From: Terriglobia bacterium
Lineage (GTDB): Bacteria; Acidobacteriota; Terriglobia; 20CM-2-55-15
Assembly (NCBI GenBank): GCA_965218585.1
Contig: CBDCLE010000002.1
Coordinates: 320,001 to 384,000 of the forward strand
Direction of reading: 5' to 3'
DNA length: 64,000 nt
In this document: positions 28,626 through 38,747 of the stretch, piece after piece
Layout of the letters: every line of letters begins with the position of its first letter
Numbering within the stretch: position 1 is the first letter of the stretch
Program-made: the position numbers and the translations under genes
Notes under the pieces: model-generated
The model's input: the letters and a program-made list of their open reading frames with translations, nothing else
What the model was told of the DNA's origin: nothing
Database searches by the model: none

Positions 28626-29524
28626 GCCACCAGATCCTTGTAGGGGAGCATGTCCGCGTTGACGATCAAACGCAAGGCATCCCGGAAGATGTAAGGGTTG
28701 TCGCGGTTGTTGAAGCGCCATTCCAGTTCCTCAAGATAACGGTCCAGATGTTTCGCACTGATCTTATGGAACGATCCGACGATAGACCGCTTGAACAGGC
28801 TCCACACGCCCTCAATGCTGTTGGTGTGGACATCGCCGACAACCCATTCCTCAGCGGAGTGGTTGACGGTCTCATGGCGCGTGTCGTGATCCTCGATCCC
28901 GAGGTAAGACTTCAGTTCGTCGGTATAGATCGCTGCGGCCTCATCCTTGATGTTGCGCCGGATGAAAGCATGGAGTGTGTGACGCCGGATGTTTGGAACC
29001 CGCTCCAGGCGGACCTTCCCGCCCCGCTGGATCGCGCCGGCCACCCAAGTCTTGTTGCCTCTGTAGCCGCTCCCCTTGCCTTTGGCCTTGCCGCCGACCA
29101 GGGTTTCATCGACCTCGACCACCCCAAACAGCGTCGGGCCGTCCGGTTCGCTATGTCCCATCGCGGAGCGGATGCGGTGACAGAGATACCAGGCTGTCTT
29201 GTAGGAGACACCGATGGTGCGCTTCAACTGGTTGGCCGAAATCCCCTTCTTGCCTTCGAGAATGAGATAAATCGCCAGAAACCACTTCCTCAGCGGCAGG
29301 TGGGAATCGTGCATGATCGTTCCCGCCGTCACGCTGAACTGGTAGCGGCATGAGAGACAATCCCATTGGTCGCGACTTGCGATCTCACAAAGCGATGTGT
29401 CGCCACAGCGAGGACAGCCAACGCTGTTCGGCCACCGCAGGTTTTCAAGAAACTCCCTGCATTTTTCTTCGTTCGGAAAGCGATCAATCAAACGTACAAG
29501 ATTCAACGAGGCGGTGTCAGGCAT
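28622..29524 (-). CDS. IS1595-family transposase
   Basis: Zn ribbon [49 protein letters not shown]. Confidence 0.95.
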   Translation of the reverse strand: MPDTASLNLVRLIDRFPNEEKCREFLENLRWPNSVGCPRCGDTSLCEIASRDQWDCLSCRYQFSVTAGTIMHDSHLPLRKWFLAIYLILEGKKGISANQLKRTIGVSYKTAWYLCHRIRSAMGHSEPDGPTLFGVVEVDETLVGGKAKGKGSGYRGNKTWVAGAIQRGGKVRLERVPNIRRHTLHAFIRRNIKDEAAAIYTDELKSYLGIEDHDTRHETVNHSAEEWVVGDVHTNSIEGVWSLFKRSIVGSFHKISAKHLDRYLEELEWRFNNRDNPYIFRDALRLIVNADMLPYKDLVA

Positions 29525-29699
29525 GACTCAAAACTCCAAGAGAAAGCGAAAGCGAAGACTCCCGAAGAATCTCACCGAGAAGACCGACGTGGAGATCGTT
29601 GAGAAAATCTTCGGAAAGCGCGTGAAACGTGAGCTGGATAAGCTGATTGAGCAACCGGAAAGTGCTGATAAAAATACGGATGCTACAACCATGAAATGA
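29523..29699 (+). CDS. Small basic hypothetical protein divergent from the IS1595 transposase
   Basis: 58 aa, KRKRKRR...[15 protein letters not shown]; its start codon overlaps the transposase ATG. Confidence 0.45.
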   Translation: MTQNSKRKRKRRLPKNLTEKTDVEIVEKIFGKRVKRELDKLIEQPESADKNTDATTMK

Positions 29700-29741
29700 T
29701 TGTAGCATCGGCATTATTTCTGTGTAAAGTATATAATCACC

Positions 29742-30044
29742 GAATAGTCCGGGATCGAAATCGGCCTGTTCAACGGTGACGTCACTCCAATCCACGTCAA
29801 GTTCATCGGCAATGATCATCGGGAGGGAATTCTTGATTCCCTGCCCGATTTCGGGATTTTTTGACATGATCGTCACCGCGCCATCGGGGCCAATACGAAT
29901 GAATGCCTCAGGAAGCAGGGGGGTGGTCTGCTGAAGCTGACCGGCAACCGCCCCGCGGTGGACGTACAGTCCGAGAAACATGCCGCCTCCAGCGAGTGCG
30001 GTCACACGAAGGAAAGAACGTCGATTGAGACGCTTGGCTTTCAC
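29742..30044 (-). pseudogene. iorB/xdh-like molybdopterin subunit, N-terminal fragment
   Basis: Tat-like [25 protein letters not shown]; ends at the IS1595 IR. Confidence 0.9.
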
Positions 30045-30053
30045 GGTTTCTCC

Positions 30054-30545
30054 TTACGCCTTCTCGGGCCCGGTTTGCACCGACATCGCCTGATCGATCT
30101 CGGAGGCTGCATGAATGGCCTCCCTTATCCTCAGATAAGTACCGCAGCGGCATAGGTTCGTGTTCATTGCGGAATCAATATCACCGTCACTGGGAGCAGA
30201 ATTCTGGGCCAACAGGGCAGCTGCAGTCATGATCTGGCCTGCCTGGCAATAGCCACATTGAGGTACGTCCACCTGTTCCCAAGCCCGCTGTAGGGGATGA
30301 GAACCGTCTGGGGACAACCCTTCGAGCGTCGTGATCGGCCGATCACCCACAGTAGCCACACGCGTGATACACGACCGGAGGGCTCGGCCTGCCAGATGAA
30401 TTGTGCAGGCGCCGCACTGACCGATTCCGCAACCAAACTTTGTGCCTTTCAACTTGAGAACTTCGCGGATGACCCAAAGGAGCGGGGTATCCTCAGGCAC
30501 GTCCACGGTCGTGGACTCTCCGTTTACGGTCAGGGTGTAAAGCAT
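30054..30545 (-). CDS. (2Fe-2S) small subunit, IorA/CoxS family
   Basis: [32 protein letters not shown]. Confidence 0.93.
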   Translation of the reverse strand: MLYTLTVNGESTTVDVPEDTPLLWVIREVLKLKGTKFGCGIGQCGACTIHLAGRALRSCITRVATVGDRPITTLEGLSPDGSHPLQRAWEQVDVPQCGYCQAGQIMTAAALLAQNSAPSDGDIDSAMNTNLCRCGTYLRIREAIHAASEIDQAMSVQTGPEKA

Positions 30546-30821
30546 GGCTTCAACTCCCTAAAAGAGTGTCGGCGGCTGGCCAAGCAGTCCGTAACTGATC
30601 CGGATCCAGCCGGTAATCTGAGGATCTTTCTGACAAGGTCAGCTCCAAAATACCCCCGGCGAGCAAAAACGGTCAACCTCCGGGCGTGCATGTCCGTCTA
30701 ACATGAATGTATTGCCCGGCCCGGAAACGAAACCGATGCAACGAGCAATACGTTAAAAATAGTTAATTGTTGCCCTGAATTCTGTTAAATTTGCGACATC
30801 GAGTTGGAGGATTACAAAGCC

Positions 30822-31331
30822 ATGAAGATAAAGTGCGTCCTTGGTTGTTTCGTCCTGCTATTGGCCCTGGCTGCGAACGCCTCGGCTCAGCTCATCGCGG
30901 GAACCCCAGAGGACAGGCTGTACCAGCAAATCACAGGAGCGGCTGATCTGGATCAGAAGATCGAGCTGTGCCTGCAGTTTGAGAGCGAGTTCCCTGACTC
31001 TAACGTGTTGGTTGACATATACACGATGCTGATGGACGCCCACAGTCAGCGGAACGAATCCGCGCAGGTGATCGAATACGGGGAAAAGGCTATAGCGCAA
31101 GACGGCGAAAATGTAACCGCCCTGATGACAGTAGCCCGGTCCCTTGCGGTCGCTCGCCAGCAACTCCCCAAAGCGGTCGAGTACGCGGAACGCGCTGTAA
31201 ACACGATCGAGCAAATGAAGGCTGGAGATGTGCCGCAGCAGTTCACTCCCGAAACGTGGGAGCAGTACATCGCGAGTCTGGAAGCTCCCGCTCGAGATAT
31301 CCTGAGCTACGCCAGAACTGTCAGCCCGTAA
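30822..31331 (+). CDS. Secreted TPR-like helical protein
   Basis: RBS GGAGG, signal peptide ANASAQ, TPR-like helices. Confidence 0.75.
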   Translation: MKIKCVLGCFVLLLALAANASAQLIAGTPEDRLYQQITGAADLDQKIELCLQFESEFPDSNVLVDIYTMLMDAHSQRNESAQVIEYGEKAIAQDGENVTALMTVARSLAVARQQLPKAVEYAERAVNTIEQMKAGDVPQQFTPETWEQYIASLEAPARDILSYARTVSP

Positions 31332-31503
31332 ACGAGCTTCGCCTAGCCATATACGATCCGCGAACGGGAGTGTCCCCGACGCTCCCAATTCGAGTCTTCA
31401 CCAGCTACCCGTCTACGATTCGAACAGATTTTCACGGTCGGAATCCGAATTGTCAGTTTTCAGATTCCTCATCAATATGTGACGGATCATCTGGATTCGC
31501 CTC

Positions 31504-32418
31504 CTATCTGAACTCCTGCGCGCTGGAGGTATCCCGAACCTCGATCCCGGCAAGCTCTTCAAAGAACTTAACGATTGCGGAATGGTCGTCATCGCCATAT
31601 GAGCGGGTCTGCATGACTCTCAGGAATTGTTGAACCAGAGCGGTCGTAGGAATCGGGACTCTCAGGGCAGCCGCGGCCGCCTGTACCAAGCCCAGATCCT
31701 TCTGGTGGAAATCAATCTTGAAGCCCGGAGTGAAGTCACCGGCGAGGATCTTTTCGCCCTTCTGATCCAGACAGCGACTGCCAGCCATCCCGCCCGAGAG
31801 CGCCTGAATCATTTTCCGTGGGTCGATACCTGACCGGGCACCGAAGACCAACGCCTCGCCCATCGCGGTGAGGTTGATCGCAACGATTATCTGGTTGGCC
31901 AACTTCGTAAATCCACCGCTTCCCAAGGGTCCCATGTGGGTAACCGTCCGTCCCATAATTTCAAACAGTGGCAAGGCGCGGTCAAAGTCGGCAGGCTCCC
32001 CACCCACCATGATCGAGAGAATCCCATCGATCGCACCAGGTTCGCCACCGCTCACCGGAGCGTCGAGCATCCCCACTCCCTTCATCTCCAATTGCTTCCC
32101 TATCTTCTGAGAGACAAGAGGGTTGATCGTACTCATGTCGATCAGCAACTGCCCTTCGCGCACTGCACTGACGAAACCATCGGGTCCCAGAACCACGGAT
32201 TCCACATCCGGCGAATCCGGAAGCATCGTGATTATGATCTCGGAGGCTTCGGCCACTTCGCGGGCGGACTTGGCCCCGACGGCCCCTTCACTGCCAAGCT
32301 CCTTGACGCTGGAACGACTTCTGTTGTGGACGGTGAGCGGAAAACCCGCCTTCAGGAGATTTCGCGCCATGGGTTTCCCCATGATCCCCAATCCAATAAA
32401 CCCGACTTTCGTTTTCAT
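31504..32418 (-). CDS. 2-hydroxy-3-oxopropionate reductase (beta-hydroxyacid dehydrogenase family)
   Basis: GFIGLGIMGKPM, LDAPVSGGEPGA, KLANQII, KDL. Confidence 0.9.
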   Translation of the reverse strand: MKTKVGFIGLGIMGKPMARNLLKAGFPLTVHNRSRSSVKELGSEGAVGAKSAREVAEASEIIITMLPDSPDVESVVLGPDGFVSAVREGQLLIDMSTINPLVSQKIGKQLEMKGVGMLDAPVSGGEPGAIDGILSIMVGGEPADFDRALPLFEIMGRTVTHMGPLGSGGFTKLANQIIVAINLTAMGEALVFGARSGIDPRKMIQALSGGMAGSRCLDQKGEKILAGDFTPGFKIDFHQKDLGLVQAAAAALRVPIPTTALVQQFLRVMQTRSYGDDDHSAIVKFFEELAGIEVRDTSSAQEFR

Positions 32419-32441
32419 GATTTCTCAATTCAAACCGGAAT

Positions 32442-32550
32442 AAACGCAGAGACGCAGAGCAAGAAGTAACAGGTTAAGAGAGACAGACTCGCTGACAGAA
32501 ATCTCATCAACCATATCATCCGTCCTCAGCGTCTCTGCGTCTCCGCGTTA
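32442..32550. repeat. REP/REPIN-like inverted repeat pair
   Basis: aaacgcagagacgcagag ... ctcagcgtctctgcgtctccgcgtt. Confidence 0.7.
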
Positions 32551-32580
32551 AAGTCTATCTCCCAGACACCGACGTAATAG

Positions 32581-34533
32581 TCAGGCTTCTTCGGACTCCC
32601 GAAGTTTCGCCAGAACAGAATAATCCTCGAGCGTAGTCGTGTCTCCGACCGCTGTCTTCCCGGAAGCGAGATCCCGCAGCAGGCGACGCATGATCTTGCC
32701 ACTCCGCGTCTTAGGAAGCGCATCGGTGAAGCGGATCTGCTCGGGTTTTGCGAAAGCGCCGATCATTTTACCGACATGGCCTCGCAACTCCTCCTTAAGT
32801 TCCGGCGTGGGATCGGCATCACCTGTCGGCGTGACGAACGCGACAACACCCTGGCCCTTTATTTCGTGTTCGATGCCAACCGCAGCGGCCTCGGCCACCT
32901 TCGGATGGCTGACGAGTGCACTTTCGACTTCCATCGTTCCGATCCTGTGACCCGAGACGTTGATCACGTCGTCTATACGACCCATGATCCAGAAGTAGCC
33001 GTCTTCATCCCTGCGTGCGCCGTCCCCTGTGAAGTAGACGCCGGGAATGTCACTCCAGTACTGCTTCTTGTATCGTTCCGGGTCTCCGTAGATGGTTCGG
33101 AGCATCGACGGCCAGGGACGTTTGATCACAAGAAACCCACCCTGGTTATCGGGGAGTGAATTGCCGTCACGATCAACGATATCGGGAACAACGCCCGGCA
33201 GAGGTCTGGTTCCCGAACCCGGCTTCGTGGGCGTCGCGCCAGGCAGCGGAGATATCATGATCGAACCGGTTTCGGTCTGCCACCAGGTGTCTACGATCGG
33301 GCAGTTCTCACCTCCGATCTTCGTGTGATACCACATCCAGGCTTCGGGATTGATCGGCTCGCCGACCGTTCCAAGCAGTCGCAGACTCGAGAGGTCATGC
33401 TTCGCCGGCCATTCGTCGCCCCACTTGATGAAAGCCCGGATGGCAGTGGGCGCAGTGTAGAAGATGTTGATTCTGTACTTCTCGATGATGGACCATAATC
33501 TGTCCGGTTCCGGGTAGTTGGGAGCCCCCTCATACATCACGCTGGTCGTGCCGTTCAGCAGCGGTCCATAGACGATATAGCTGTGCCCGGTGACCCAACC
33601 GATGTCGGCGCCGCACCAGTACGTGTCCTCGTCTTTGAGATCGAAGACCCATTTCATGGTCGCGTACGCGCTCACCATGTAACCGCCCGTCGTATGAACG
33701 ACACCCTTCGGTTTTCCGGTCGTCCCACTCGTATAGAGCATAAAGAGGGGATGCTCAGCATCCAGACGGACGGCCTCGAACTCATCCGACGCCTCAGCGA
33801 TAAGTTCATCCCACCAGAGATCGCGACCGGACTCCATTCCGACGGCTTCTCCCGTTCTCTTGACGACGATAACTTTCTCGACCGAAGGTGCGCCATCGAG
33901 CGCCTCGTCTGCGTTCTTCTTGAGCGGCACAACTGCTCCCCTGCGATAGCCACCATCAGCGGTGATGACGATCTTCGATTGAGAATCGTTGATTCGGTCA
34001 CGCAGAGCTTCCGCACTGAAGCCTCCGAACACGACGTTGTGCGTCACTCCGAGACGCGCGCAAGCCAGCATCGCGATCGGCAACTCTGGAACCATCCCCA
34101 GATAGATTGTGGTCCGATCTCCAGGTTCGGCGCCGAGGGACCGAAGAACGTTGGCAAACCGGCACACTTCACGATGAAGCATCTGGTAGGTCAGGATCCG
34201 CTCCTCACCCGGCTCTCCCTCCCAGAGCAAAGCGACACGATTCTTGCGCCAGCCGGAAAGATGACGGTCAAGGCAGTTGTAAGACAAGTTCGTCTTCGCA
34301 CCAACGAACCACTTGGAAAAGGGTTCGTCCCATTCGAGGACCTTTGACCATGGCTCAAACCACTCCAACTCGGATGCGACCCCGGACCAGAACGCGTCCG
34401 GCTCGTCTATGGATTGCCGGTACATCTTCTCGTAGTCATCCATGCCGGAAACGGTGGCTCTGCTGGAAAATTCGGCACTGGGCGGAAAGACACGGCCCTC
34501 TTTCAAAAAGGATTCGATATTCTTGCCTGACAT
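32581..34533 (-). CDS. acs: Acetyl-CoA synthetase
   Basis: [46 protein letters not shown]. Confidence 0.97.
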   Translation of the reverse strand: MSGKNIESFLKEGRVFPPSAEFSSRATVSGMDDYEKMYRQSIDEPDAFWSGVASELEWFEPWSKVLEWDEPFSKWFVGAKTNLSYNCLDRHLSGWRKNRVALLWEGEPGEERILTYQMLHREVCRFANVLRSLGAEPGDRTTIYLGMVPELPIAMLACARLGVTHNVVFGGFSAEALRDRINDSQSKIVITADGGYRRGAVVPLKKNADEALDGAPSVEKVIVVKRTGEAVGMESGRDLWWDELIAEASDEFEAVRLDAEHPLFMLYTSGTTGKPKGVVHTTGGYMVSAYATMKWVFDLKDEDTYWCGADIGWVTGHSYIVYGPLLNGTTSVMYEGAPNYPEPDRLWSIIEKYRINIFYTAPTAIRAFIKWGDEWPAKHDLSSLRLLGTVGEPINPEAWMWYHTKIGGENCPIVDTWWQTETGSIMISPLPGATPTKPGSGTRPLPGVVPDIVDRDGNSLPDNQGGFLVIKRPWPSMLRTIYGDPERYKKQYWSDIPGVYFTGDGARRDEDGYFWIMGRIDDVINVSGHRIGTMEVESALVSHPKVAEAAAVGIEHEIKGQGVVAFVTPTGDADPTPELKEELRGHVGKMIGAFAKPEQIRFTDALPKTRSGKIMRRLLRDLASGKTAVGDTTTLEDYSVLAKLRESEEA

Positions 34534-34629
34534 CAGACTCTGCCTCCTTACTTAACTTTTTGGCATCGGCCTCCGGGAAGGCCTGACAAGAGGGGAACAG
34601 GGAGGATAAACCAGAAAAGGAAGGCATGC

Positions 34630-34659
34630 AAAAGGGGCGGCCCTGTGGCCGCCCCTTTT
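34630..34659 (-). terminator. Rho-independent (bidirectional) terminator
   Basis: aaaaggggcggcc-ctgt-ggccgcccctttt. Confidence 0.85.
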
Positions 34660-34678
34660 AAACTTTCGACTCGCTGAA

Positions 34679-34948
34679 CTAGTCCTTGCTCAATCCGAAA
34701 TACTCGTAGTTCACGGGGATATATTTCTGTTCTTCATCCGGCACATTGTCCTCTGGCCAGATAGCGGTCACCGGGCAAGCCGGCTCACAGGCACCACAAT
34801 CGATACACTCTTCCGGATGAATGTAGAGCATCTCGGATTCTTCGAAACCTTCTTCATCCTTCTTTGGATGGATGCAGTCTACCGGACACGCATCAACGCA
34901 GGCGGTGTCCTTGGTGCCGATGCACGGCGAACCGATGATATAGGTCAT
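34679..34948 (-). CDS. Ferredoxin (7Fe/dicluster 4Fe-4S type)
   Basis: CIGTKDTACVDACPVDC, CIDCGACEPACP. Confidence 0.93.
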   Translation of the reverse strand: MTYIIGSPCIGTKDTACVDACPVDCIHPKKDEEGFEESEMLYIHPEECIDCGACEPACPVTAIWPEDNVPDEEQKYIPVNYEYFGLSKD

Positions 34949-35045
34949 TCTGATCTCCTTCCAATTTGACTATAGCGTCCCAAAAAACGTCATTATACAC
35001 TGACTTCCCAGACGGCGACGCGCGTCTTTTGCCAAGGTATAGGCT

Positions 35046-36500
35046 TCACTTCAGCATTCGTTTCAGCACTTTCCCCGAAGGTGTTCTGGGAAGATCATCC
35101 ACGATTTCAATCACTTTCGGCACTTTGTAGGCGGCCACATGATCCTTGGAAAAACTGCGCAGTTCGCGCTCATCGATCGTCGCGCCCTCCTCGGCGATAA
35201 CGAAGGCCTTCGGAACCTCACCACGAACCTCATCCGGTATGCCAATCACCGCCACTTCCTTTACAGAGGGGTGCCGCACGAGCGCTTCTTCAATCTCTCT
35301 TGGGTAGATATTTTCTCCCGCAGAGATGATGAGCTCTTTTTTCCGGCCCGTAATCGAGACGTACCCTTCGGCATCTATCTTGCCCAGATCCCCCGTATGC
35401 AGCCAGCCATTGGTGATCGTCTTCGCGGTCTCCTCAGGAAGGTTGTGATAACCCTCCATGACGTTCTCCCCGCGAACCATCACCTCTCCGACTTCATCCG
35501 GCTGGAGCGATTCGCCCTGATCGTTCCAGATCGCAACTTCGACTTCCGGTAAGGCTCGACCGACTGTACCGAGCTTCCGGCTCCCCGGAACGTTGAGCGT
35601 GACCACAGGTGCCGCCTCGGTCTGTCCGTAACCCTCATAGATATCTACGCCGAAGCGGTTTTGGAAGGCTTCCGCTATTGCGACCGGAAGAGGTTCCCCT
35701 CCGGATATCGGGAATCTCAAAGCGCCGACATCGAACTCCTCGTCAGAGGCTGCCAACACCCGGTACATGGACGGGATCGCCATGAAACAGGAAATCCTCT
35801 GCTCTTCAATCAGCTTCAAAACCTTGGTCGGCCCGAACCGGTCCACCAACACAGCTTTGCTTCCGTTTAGTAGTGGCAGCAAGAAGGTGCCCGTAATGGC
35901 GTAGGTATGGAAAAAGGGCAGTAGACAGAGGAAGCTGTCTTCCGGATTGAACTTCCCTGCGAGCTGCGAGGACTTGACGTTCGCGATCAGGTTCGCGTGC
36001 GAGAGGACAACACCCTTCGGTCGTCCCGTCGTACCCGAGGTGTAAAGGTAAAGCGCGGGATCCTGATCCGATCCCGTTTCCAGCCCCGAAGCCTCTGGAA
36101 TGAAGTCAGGATCATCAGCCATCAGGATTTTTCCGTGCTCGCCGAACAGGAGCCGGATCTTCCCAATAGCTTCGTCAAAAAACTTCGACCCGATCAGGCC
36201 CGACATCCCGGAATCCTTCAGTATGAAGCCCAGGTCCTGGGGAGGCAGGAGGTAGTTCAAGGGAACAGCCGTCTTTCCCGCCTTCCAGATGGAAAGCATA
36301 GACACCAGGTATCGCTGGGAATTCAAAAGGAGTATCCCGACGACGCTACCTCTCACCTCAGTCTGGAGACGCCGGGCGAGGCGCTTCACCTCATCATCCA
36401 GCGTTGTATAAGTCCATGACTTCCCCGCCTCATCGACAAGCGCGATACGGTCCGGATGCTGACGGACAGTGCTATCAAATTGTTCGGACAAGAAAGACAT
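35046..36500 (-). CDS. Long-chain fatty acid-CoA ligase
   Basis: YTSGTTGRPKG, YEGYGQTE, WLHTGDLG, GRKKELII, PRTPSGKV; likely start MSFLSEQF at 36500. Confidence 0.92.
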   Translation of the reverse strand: MSFLSEQFDSTVRQHPDRIALVDEAGKSWTYTTLDDEVKRLARRLQTEVRGSVVGILLLNSQRYLVSMLSIWKAGKTAVPLNYLLPPQDLGFILKDSGMSGLIGSKFFDEAIGKIRLLFGEHGKILMADDPDFIPEASGLETGSDQDPALYLYTSGTTGRPKGVVLSHANLIANVKSSQLAGKFNPEDSFLCLLPFFHTYAITGTFLLPLLNGSKAVLVDRFGPTKVLKLIEEQRISCFMAIPSMYRVLAASDEEFDVGALRFPISGGEPLPVAIAEAFQNRFGVDIYEGYGQTEAAPVVTLNVPGSRKLGTVGRALPEVEVAIWNDQGESLQPDEVGEVMVRGENVMEGYHNLPEETAKTITNGWLHTGDLGKIDAEGYVSITGRKKELIISAGENIYPREIEEALVRHPSVKEVAVIGIPDEVRGEVPKAFVIAEEGATIDERELRSFSKDHVAAYKVPKVIEIVDDLPRTPSGKVLKRMLK

Positions 36501-36592
36501 AGGGCGAATCAACCTCAGCAGAGGGCGAGTATAGCATGAGAAAACCGCCTTCAATCGGGGGCCGGCACTACTTGGACAGGATGGCCGATCGT

Positions 36593-36988
36593 TTAGGAAC
36601 GCTCCGAAATGGGCGGATGGTAGATGAGCTGGATCAGAATTCGATCTGGATCGTAAAAGTAAAAAGAGCGAGCTCCGTCACGATGAGTTTTCAGAGGTCT
36701 AGCCAGCTCGATACCGTGGTCCTGGAGTCGCCGCGCCCAGAGGTCCACATCCTCAGGAGACGCCACAGCAAACCCGATGTGGTCGAGCGTCTGGACTTCG
36801 CCGGGTTCGCGATCCGGAGGTAGCTCGTGAAGTGCAAGGTTGTCGGAGCCGGAAGTCAAATACACATTCTTCTCATCCGGTTTCCACTCCAGCTGCATGC
36901 CCAGCACATCACGATAAAACGCCATCGATCGACCGACGTTTCGAACATAAAGGGCGGCATGGCGTAGACCTATGAACTGTGGATTCAT
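36593..36988 (-). CDS. VOC/glyoxalase family protein
   Basis: LRHAALYV, LDHIGF, SFYFYDPD. Confidence 0.88.
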   Translation of the reverse strand: MNPQFIGLRHAALYVRNVGRSMAFYRDVLGMQLEWKPDEKNVYLTSGSDNLALHELPPDREPGEVQTLDHIGFAVASPEDVDLWARRLQDHGIELARPLKTHRDGARSFYFYDPDRILIQLIYHPPISERS

Positions 36989-37057
36989 TGACTCGGCCTC
37001 ACGACCAACACTACAATTGGATTCTTTATTGAAGACACGCGAGTGTAGCATACGCGA

Positions 37058-38416
37058 GTGAAGAGAAACCGGGACGGCCTGAGCCTTCCCGAACAGCAGA
37101 TACCGTCTATCGAAAAACTGGAACCAGCCACATTCATGAGCGCGAAGTCATCCGGAAAACCCTACACAACTGAGCACTTGAACGCATGGCGAATGCATCG
37201 CCAGTGGTTGGACCGCCCGTTTGAGGGTCGCAGCATCCTGGACCTCGTACGCAGGCTCGGATGGATTCACTCCCCGGGTTGTTCCACTCCGTACCTTTCT
37301 CTCTGGGCACGATCGAAAAAGTTCAGGCCGGCAAGCCTGGACCGACTGGTCTTCAAGGAGCGAAAGCTCGTCCAGTTGGAAACGTTGCGAGGCTGTACCA
37401 TGCTCCTGCCTCGCGAGCACGCGCCGATCGCACTTCGCGTGCGGAGCCGTGCCTTCACCGACCTAGCCAAAGAAGCCGGCCCTCTCATGCCGATCCGTCA
37501 AAAGGAAATCGACCAGCTCAAGAAGTCAGTTATCCATGCTCTGGAAGGCGGCTCCCTCACCCGGGATGAGATTCGCCTCGCGGTGCCTTCAGGCCTTGTT
37601 CGCGACTTCCCCTTACGATTGAAAAGGATTGGTCTGACAGAGAGCGTATCGTTGGCGATACGCCTGCTGGAAGAAGATGGACGTATCCTCAAGGTTCCGT
37701 CCGGAAAGCGACTGGACTCGACCGAATATACGTACTCTTTGCTTTCCGATGTCCTGCCCGAAGTCGATCCCTTTCATCTGAAGCCCGAAATCGCCAACAT
37801 CGAACTGGCAAGTCTTTACTTTGCCTCCGAAGGGCCCGCGCGAATCAAGGACTTCGCATGGTGGGCCGGAATCAACGTGACTGAAGCAATCCGGGCCGCC
37901 GGAGAGGTCCGCCCGGTTTTACAAGCCATCGAGGTCGCCAACAGCAAGGACGAATTTCTTCTGAGCGCGCACGCGGTGAGGGAATTCTCCGAGTTCACCC
38001 CCGACGATTCTACGGTGAACCTGATCCCCTACCGCGATGTGTACCTCAAGGGACAACGGGAAGTGGTCAACCGCTTCGTTCGCCCCAACCATTCCGACAA
38101 ACCGTTTGCTCGGTTGCGCGGGAAACTCATCAACGATCCCCTGCCGACAGTCATCCGGAACGGTGAAGTTGTGGGCGTCTGGGAATGGGATGCGTCCGGT
38201 CCGGGCAGGCTGAACTCCGAACTCTTTGGAAAAGGTATCGGAAAGCGCGATCAGGAGCGAATCTCGAGGCGTGGGGCTGAGCTTGCCCGGTTCATAAAGA
38301 ACGAGCTTAAAGTGGTACGCCTTGGTGGAAACGGTTCCAGCCGGCAGATGACGCGGATCAGCGACTTGAGAGCCTACTGGGGACAGGGAGCAGAAGTTGA
38401 TGTCAGCGCCGTTTGA
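37058..38416 (+). CDS. AlkZ/YcaQ-like winged-helix (HTH_42) DNA glycosylase family protein
   Basis: PYLSLWAR, LRGCTMLL, GPARIKDFAWWAG, LIPYRDVY, GEVVGVWEW; alternative start at 37136. Confidence 0.82.
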   Translation: MKRNRDGLSLPEQQIPSIEKLEPATFMSAKSSGKPYTTEHLNAWRMHRQWLDRPFEGRSILDLVRRLGWIHSPGCSTPYLSLWARSKKFRPASLDRLVFKERKLVQLETLRGCTMLLPREHAPIALRVRSRAFTDLAKEAGPLMPIRQKEIDQLKKSVIHALEGGSLTRDEIRLAVPSGLVRDFPLRLKRIGLTESVSLAIRLLEEDGRILKVPSGKRLDSTEYTYSLLSDVLPEVDPFHLKPEIANIELASLYFASEGPARIKDFAWWAGINVTEAIRAAGEVRPVLQAIEVANSKDEFLLSAHAVREFSEFTPDDSTVNLIPYRDVYLKGQREVVNRFVRPNHSDKPFARLRGKLINDPLPTVIRNGEVVGVWEWDASGPGRLNSELFGKGIGKRDQERISRRGAELARFIKNELKVVRLGGNGSSRQMTRISDLRAYWGQGAEVDVSAV

Positions 38417-38687
38417 TATCGATCGAACGGAAGCATCCTATTGGTGGCGCACCAACGTCGTCACCGGGGTCATTCTCCATCGCCTCATGCTGCTCTTCAT
38501 CGCGGTTCCGGCCGTTCTCGTCTGGCAACGTTATTACCTCCTGAGCGGTCTGGTCTTTCTGGGAATGATTCCCTACGGATTCTTTCTCAGATATCTCGCG
38601 GAACGCACCGTTTCAACCTTCATCGAGGCGAACCCAGAAACGGTCTCTGAATTCCAAGAGAGCGGGATCATCAGCGGCGGGGACTGA
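38400..38687 (+). CDS. Small two-TM hypothetical protein
   Basis: Two hydrophobic helices; overlaps the upstream stop. Confidence 0.6.
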   Translation: MSAPFDIDRTEASYWWRTNVVTGVILHRLMLLFIAVPAVLVWQRYYLLSGLVFLGMIPYGFFLRYLAERTVSTFIEANPETVSEFQESGIISGGD

Positions 38688-38747
38688 CTGCTCCCTGCAC
38701 CGGCCCTTTTGTTGCGTGCCTTTGGCGATTCTCGATATCATGAACGC

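Larger units (their letters stand above)
25671..29741. mobile_element. IS1595-family transporter IS (4071 bp) with passenger genes
   Basis: Perfect 21-bp terminal IR ggtgattatatactttacaca / tgtgtaaagtatataatcacc; 8-bp TSD aaatagtc / gaatagtc; interrupts iorB. Confidence 0.92.
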
